This document shows positions 60,192 through 64,000 of a DNA stretch of 64,000 nucleotides, in pieces. How positions within the stretch are numbered: the first letter of the stretch is position 1; each line of letters opens with the position of its first letter. The DNA is from a virus: positions 1 to 64,000 of the IMG/VR virus record IMGVR_UViG_3300031834_000001. One strand, 5' to 3'. A model generated the notes under the pieces. The model made no database searches, was not told the origin of the DNA, and saw only the letters and a program-made list of their open reading frames with translations. A program made the position numbers and the translations under genes.

Positions 60192-63100
60192 ATGGCTACT
60201 GGTTCTCGCTCTGCGCTGTCTTGGAGGAATGTCCCCGGAGGTATGCCCGCCGTCATCGACACCGGCCGCTACCCCGGCACTGTTTTCTGGGTTGACAGCA
60301 CCAACTCGAACGCCGGAGACACCTCCGGCCACGGGTCGGAGCCGGACGGCCCGTTCGCCAGCATCAACTACGCCGTTACGCAATGCACGGCCAGCAAGGG
60401 TGACACGATTATCGCCATGCCCGGCCACGTGGAGACAGTCACCGCCGCTGGCGGACTCGCCTTCGGCGTTATCGGCGTGAAGGTCATCTTCCAGGGCGAA
60501 GGGTCGTCCCGCGCCACCATCAACTTCACCACGGCCGCGTCCGCCGACATGGACATCACCGCCGCCAACGTGAGCCTCATCGGCCCCCGTTTCCTAGTCG
60601 GAGTGGACGCCCTCACTAACCCGATCCACATTGCCGCCGCCGACTGCCTCATCAAGGACGCCGAGTGGTACGACGCCCCGGCCAAGGCGGCCATCGACTG
60701 CGTGGTGGCCACCGCCGCCGCCTCTCGCCTGGTCATCGACGGTTGGAAGTTCTTCGCCTCGACCACCGGCACCCAGAAGCAGTCGAGCATCCAGGTAGGC
60801 GCGGCCGCCAACGTGGTTCTCAAGAACATCTGGATCGCGGGCGACTTCGGCACCGGTAACATCGAGAACGGCACGGCCTGGGCGAACGTCCTGATCGCCG
60901 ACGTCGTCCTGGAAAACACGAACGTCGGGCCTGTGCCGGGTATCACCCTGGCGGCCACCGCCACCGGGAACGTCGTCAACGCCAAGGTCACCATCGCCTC
61001 CGGCACGGTCCCCATCACGGCGAACAACGACATGCAGTGGTACGACTCCGGCTACAGCACGACCGACGCTTCGGCCTGGGGCACCATTGGCGTCATCCCG
61101 GCCGCTGGGCTTGAGGGCAAAGTGGACCTCGTCCTGGCCGACACGACCACCATCAAGCTGACTGCCGCTGACGCCAAGATCGACACGACCGCCGTTGCGG
61201 CCGCGCCAGTTCTCAACTCCCTGGGCCGTTTCATCTACTCTGGCGGCACGGCGCGCGGCACTCCCCTGGCCGACTCGAAGTCCTTGGTGGACGCTCTCGG
61301 CACGGACGGCACGACGATGTCGGACAACACCACCAGCATCGTGGGTATTCTCGGCGTGAACGACGCGGACAACGCTTTCGTCTCATCCGCCGTGGTCGCC
61401 AACGCTGACGGGTCCATCCTCGAACGCCTGGAGTTCGCGCAGAACCAGGCCAACAAGCTCGACGCCGTGACCCTTGCCGCCGCGCCGGTCGCCGGTTCCC
61501 TGGCTCGCTTCGTCGCCTCCGGCGGCACGGCCCTCGGCACGGCCCTGGCGGACTCCAAGTCCCTCGTGGACGCCTTGGGCAGCAACGGCACAACGGTCGC
61601 CGACTCGGCCACCTCGGTCCTCGGTGCTATCGGCGCGAACAACGCCGACAATGCCTTCACCTCGGCCGCCGTTGTCGCCAATGCCGACGGTTCCGCCCTT
61701 GAGCGCCTGGAGTTCGTCCAGACGAAGGTCGGCTCGCCCGTCGGGGCTTCCGTGTCCGCCGACATTGCCACCATCGACGCCCACACCGACAAGATTGACT
61801 CGGCGAGCCTGGCTGTCGCGCCGACCGCTGGCTCCTTGGCGACCTTCATCGCCTCTGGCGGCGTCGCGCTCGGGACGGCCCTCGGTGCGTCCAAGTCCAT
61901 CCTCGACGCCCTCGGCAGCAACGGCCTAGCGGTTGCGGATTCGGCAGTGTCCGTCCTTGGCGCGGTTGGCGCGAACAACGCGGATAACGCTTTCGGCTCG
62001 GCCGCCGTGGTCAGCAATGCCGACGGCTCCGTTCTGGAGCGCGCGGAGTACATCCAGGCCCAGGTGGCCTTGGTCAAAGCGGTCACCGATGTCGAGGCCG
62101 CCGCTCTAGGCACGAACGGCACGGCAGTCACCGACTCGGCGGTCTCGGTCCTCGGAGCCATCGGCGCGAACAACGCGGATAACGCATTCTCGTCCGCTGC
62201 CGTTGTCGGCAACGCTGACGGGTCTGTCCTGGAACGCCTGGAGTTCGTCCAGACCAAGGTGGGCTCGCCGGTCGGGGCTTCCGTGTCCGCCGACATCGCC
62301 ACCATCGACGCCAACACCGACAAGATTGACTCGGCGAGCCTGGCGGTCAACCCGACGGCGGGCTCTATGGCTCGCTTTGTCGCCTCTGGTGGAACCGCTC
62401 TCGGCACGGCCCTGGCCGACTCCAAATCCCTCGTGGACGCCCTGGGCACCAACGGTACCACGGTTGCCGACTCGGCCACCTCCGTCCTCGGCGCGATCGG
62501 CGCGAACAACGCGGATAACGCTTTCACCTCGGCGGCCGTGGTTGCCAACGAGGACGGCTCCGTACTGGAGCGCATCCAGTGGAACCAGGAGCAGGTTGCC
62601 GTTACCTACGCTGCGGCCAACAAAATCGACGGCGCTACCCTGGCTGTCTCTCCTGTCGCGGGTTCCATGGCTCGTTTCGTGGCCTCTGGCGGTACCGCGC
62701 TGGGCACGCCTCTCGCGGATAGCAAGTCCCTGGTGGACGCCCTGGGCACCAACGGGACCACCCTGGTTGACTCGGCGACCTCCATCGTCGGCATCCTCGG
62801 CGTGGATGATGCCGATAACACATTCGCCTCGACCAACGTCGTCGCCAATGAGGACGGATCAATCCTGGAACGCCAGGAGTTCGTCCAGTCGAAGGTGGGC
62901 ACGCTGGCCAACGCGGGCGGCACGGTCACTCTTGGCGGCATCTTCGGCGACGTGGCCAATATCAGCATGGCCACCCGGCTCGACTCGGCGACCAAGAAGA
63001 CCGTCATCGCCGACGGTACCGCGATCCCCAACAACACCCAGGCCGCCGCTGGCCTCCTGGCTACTGCGACCAACGGGGACTGCTACATCGAGGAAATCAT

Positions 63101-63395
63101 CTGGCAGCGCGGCGTGGACAACTTCGTCGGCCCGACGAACTATGAACTCACCACCGACAACGTCGCCGGACTCACCGGGGCCAGCGGTCCCAACGGGGTG
63201 GCCATCCTCGCCAAGTTCAACGCGGCCAAGACTGGCGTCCTCTCGCTCGACGGGACGACGAAGCAGGTTCCCTTCGTTCTAGAGGCCACAAAGAAACTGT
63301 ACATCCACGGCGATGACGCGGCGACCTCGGCTGGCGGCACCACCAACTTCTACATCAAGTACCGCCGGATGGCCGCGAACGCCTACCTCGCCTAG
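60192..63395 (+). CDS. Large repeat-containing structural protein (putative head fibre)
   Basis: Beta-helix-like N-terminus; six repeats containing ADN(A/T)F.S..VV.N.DGS.LER. Confidence 0.75.
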   Translation: MATGSRSALSWRNVPGGMPAVIDTGRYPGTVFWVDSTNSNAGDTSGHGSEPDGPFASINYAVTQCTASKGDTIIAMPGHVETVTAAGGLAFGVIGVKVIFQGEGSSRATINFTTAASADMDITAANVSLIGPRFLVGVDALTNPIHIAAADCLIKDAEWYDAPAKAAIDCVVATAAASRLVIDGWKFFASTTGTQKQSSIQVGAAANVVLKNIWIAGDFGTGNIENGTAWANVLIADVVLENTNVGPVPGITLAATATGNVVNAKVTIASGTVPITANNDMQWYDSGYSTTDASAWGTIGVIPAAGLEGKVDLVLADTTTIKLTAADAKIDTTAVAAAPVLNSLGRFIYSGGTARGTPLADSKSLVDALGTDGTTMSDNTTSIVGILGVNDADNAFVSSAVVANADGSILERLEFAQNQANKLDAVTLAAAPVAGSLARFVASGGTALGTALADSKSLVDALGSNGTTVADSATSVLGAIGANNADNAFTSAAVVANADGSALERLEFVQTKVGSPVGASVSADIATIDAHTDKIDSASLAVAPTAGSLATFIASGGVALGTALGASKSILDALGSNGLAVADSAVSVLGAVGANNADNAFGSAAVVSNADGSVLERAEYIQAQVALVKAVTDVEAAALGTNGTAVTDSAVSVLGAIGANNADNAFSSAAVVGNADGSVLERLEFVQTKVGSPVGASVSADIATIDANTDKIDSASLAVNPTAGSMARFVASGGTALGTALADSKSLVDALGTNGTTVADSATSVLGAIGANNADNAFTSAAVVANEDGSVLERIQWNQEQVAVTYAAANKIDGATLAVSPVAGSMARFVASGGTALGTPLADSKSLVDALGTNGTTLVDSATSIVGILGVDDADNTFASTNVVANEDGSILERQEFVQSKVGTLANAGGTVTLGGIFGDVANISMATRLDSATKKTVIADGTAIPNNTQAAAGLLATATNGDCYIEEIIWQRGVDNFVGPTNYELTTDNVAGLTGASGPNGVAILAKFNAAKTGVLSLDGTTKQVPFVLEATKKLYIHGDDAATSAGGTTNFYIKYRRMAANAYLA

Positions 63396-63413
63396 TTCCA
63401 CCTAGTCCGACAC

Positions 63414-63443
63414 GGAGGGCCTCGCTTCCGACGGAGGCCCTCC
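63414..63443 (+). terminator. Hairpin after the large structural gene
   Basis: GGAGGGCCTC...GAGGCCCTCC; no U tract. Confidence 0.4.
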
Positions 63444-63463
63444 CCTACCTGGAGGTCTGACCC

Positions 63464-63823
63464 ATGGCAACTCCCTTTGAGGAACGGGTCTCCCAGTCCG
63501 TCAAGGTTATCAAGTACAGTTGGACCTCCACCGCTGGCGGGGCCGCTTCGGACACCACCGCGAACGCCTACGACGGCAAGGTCCTCTGGGTAGTCACGGA
63601 CCCCGACGGAACCTCCGTCCCCTCGGACAACTACTCCCTCACAATCCTCAACTCCGACGGGGTGGACATTCTCGCCGGGGCTTGCCTGGCCAACCGGGAT
63701 ACCGCGAACACGGAGTATGTGGCCGAGGCGTCCCTGGGCTGCGCGGGCAACTCCAAGCTCACCTTCACCATTTCGGGGGCCGGAGACACCAGGAAAGGTG
63801 TGGTGTACCTTTATGTCCGATAA
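63464..63823 (+). CDS. Putative virion structural protein
   Basis: RBS GGAGG; beta-rich and Thr/Ser-rich. Confidence 0.7.
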   Translation: MATPFEERVSQSVKVIKYSWTSTAGGAASDTTANAYDGKVLWVVTDPDGTSVPSDNYSLTILNSDGVDILAGACLANRDTANTEYVAEASLGCAGNSKLTFTISGAGDTRKGVVYLYVR

Positions 63824-64000
63824 GGTCCTCATTCGCTTCGTCACCCCTCAACCTAAGGGTCCATCCCTCCCTGGCCGCCCGGAGTGGGTCAGCGAGTCCC
63901 AGGCCACCGCACTGGTCCGGGCGGGCCACGCTGAGTATGTGGACTCCACAACTCCCGAGACGGCCATGGTAGCCCCGGCGGAGAATGCCATGAGGCCGAG
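63813..64000 (+). CDS. Small head-region protein, truncated at the window edge
   Basis: MSDKVLIRF...ATALVRAGHAEYV, open to the end. Confidence 0.55.
   Translation, partial: MSDKVLIRFVTPQPKGPSLPGRPEWVSESQATALVRAGHAEYVDSTTPETAMVAPAENAMRP

Larger units (their letters stand above)
1..64000. mobile_element. Temperate tailed phage (Caudoviricetes), partial genome
   Basis: attP, CI/Cro switch, replication, recombination, terminase, portal, protease and HK97 capsid genes; no host housekeeping genes seen. Confidence 0.97.

Noticed and set aside
61176-62900. DNA-level repeat array or DGR template/variable repeats
   Set aside because: Repeats are in frame with largely synonymous variation, and no reverse transcriptase is seen
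6125-63844. Many long minus-strand and alternate-frame ORFs in the track
   Set aside because: Shadow ORFs expected at high GC; they overlap well-supported plus-strand genes and lack recognisable motifs

Overview
The whole window is a GC-rich temperate tailed phage. Strong AGGAGG ribosome-binding sites, a Clostridia-type AbrB and a SigH-like sigma factor suggest a GC-rich Bacillota host (inference). Left to right: a DNA methyltransferase; an apparently intact attP (3' half of tRNA-Ala(GGC) with matching arm-type repeats on both sides, no integrase in the window); an excisionase-like HTH; a replication initiator and DnaC-like loader; a CI/Cro switch with operators; about 44 kb of co-oriented, translationally coupled small genes (RNA ligase-like protein, recombination module, AbrB, two more methyltransferases, LysM/M23 peptidase, MmcB, two ASCH, sigma factor, J-domain protein, several paralog families); then a late activator, HNH nucleases, terminases, portal, protease, HK97 capsid and a large repeat-rich putative head fibre. 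The standout is 38758-46703: an array-less type IV-B CRISPR-Cas-like effector operon (csf1, cas11-like, csf2, csf3, cysH). A four-repeat HTH protein and an IbrB/unknown/IbrA/glycosyltransferase block are coupled into it. A recurring promoter-like motif, AAGGAACCTC-N13-CAACTAC, precedes most of this operon and several other genes. All family calls come from motif recognition by eye, not from database searches. Many small hypothetical ORFs are grouped rather than listed one by one.
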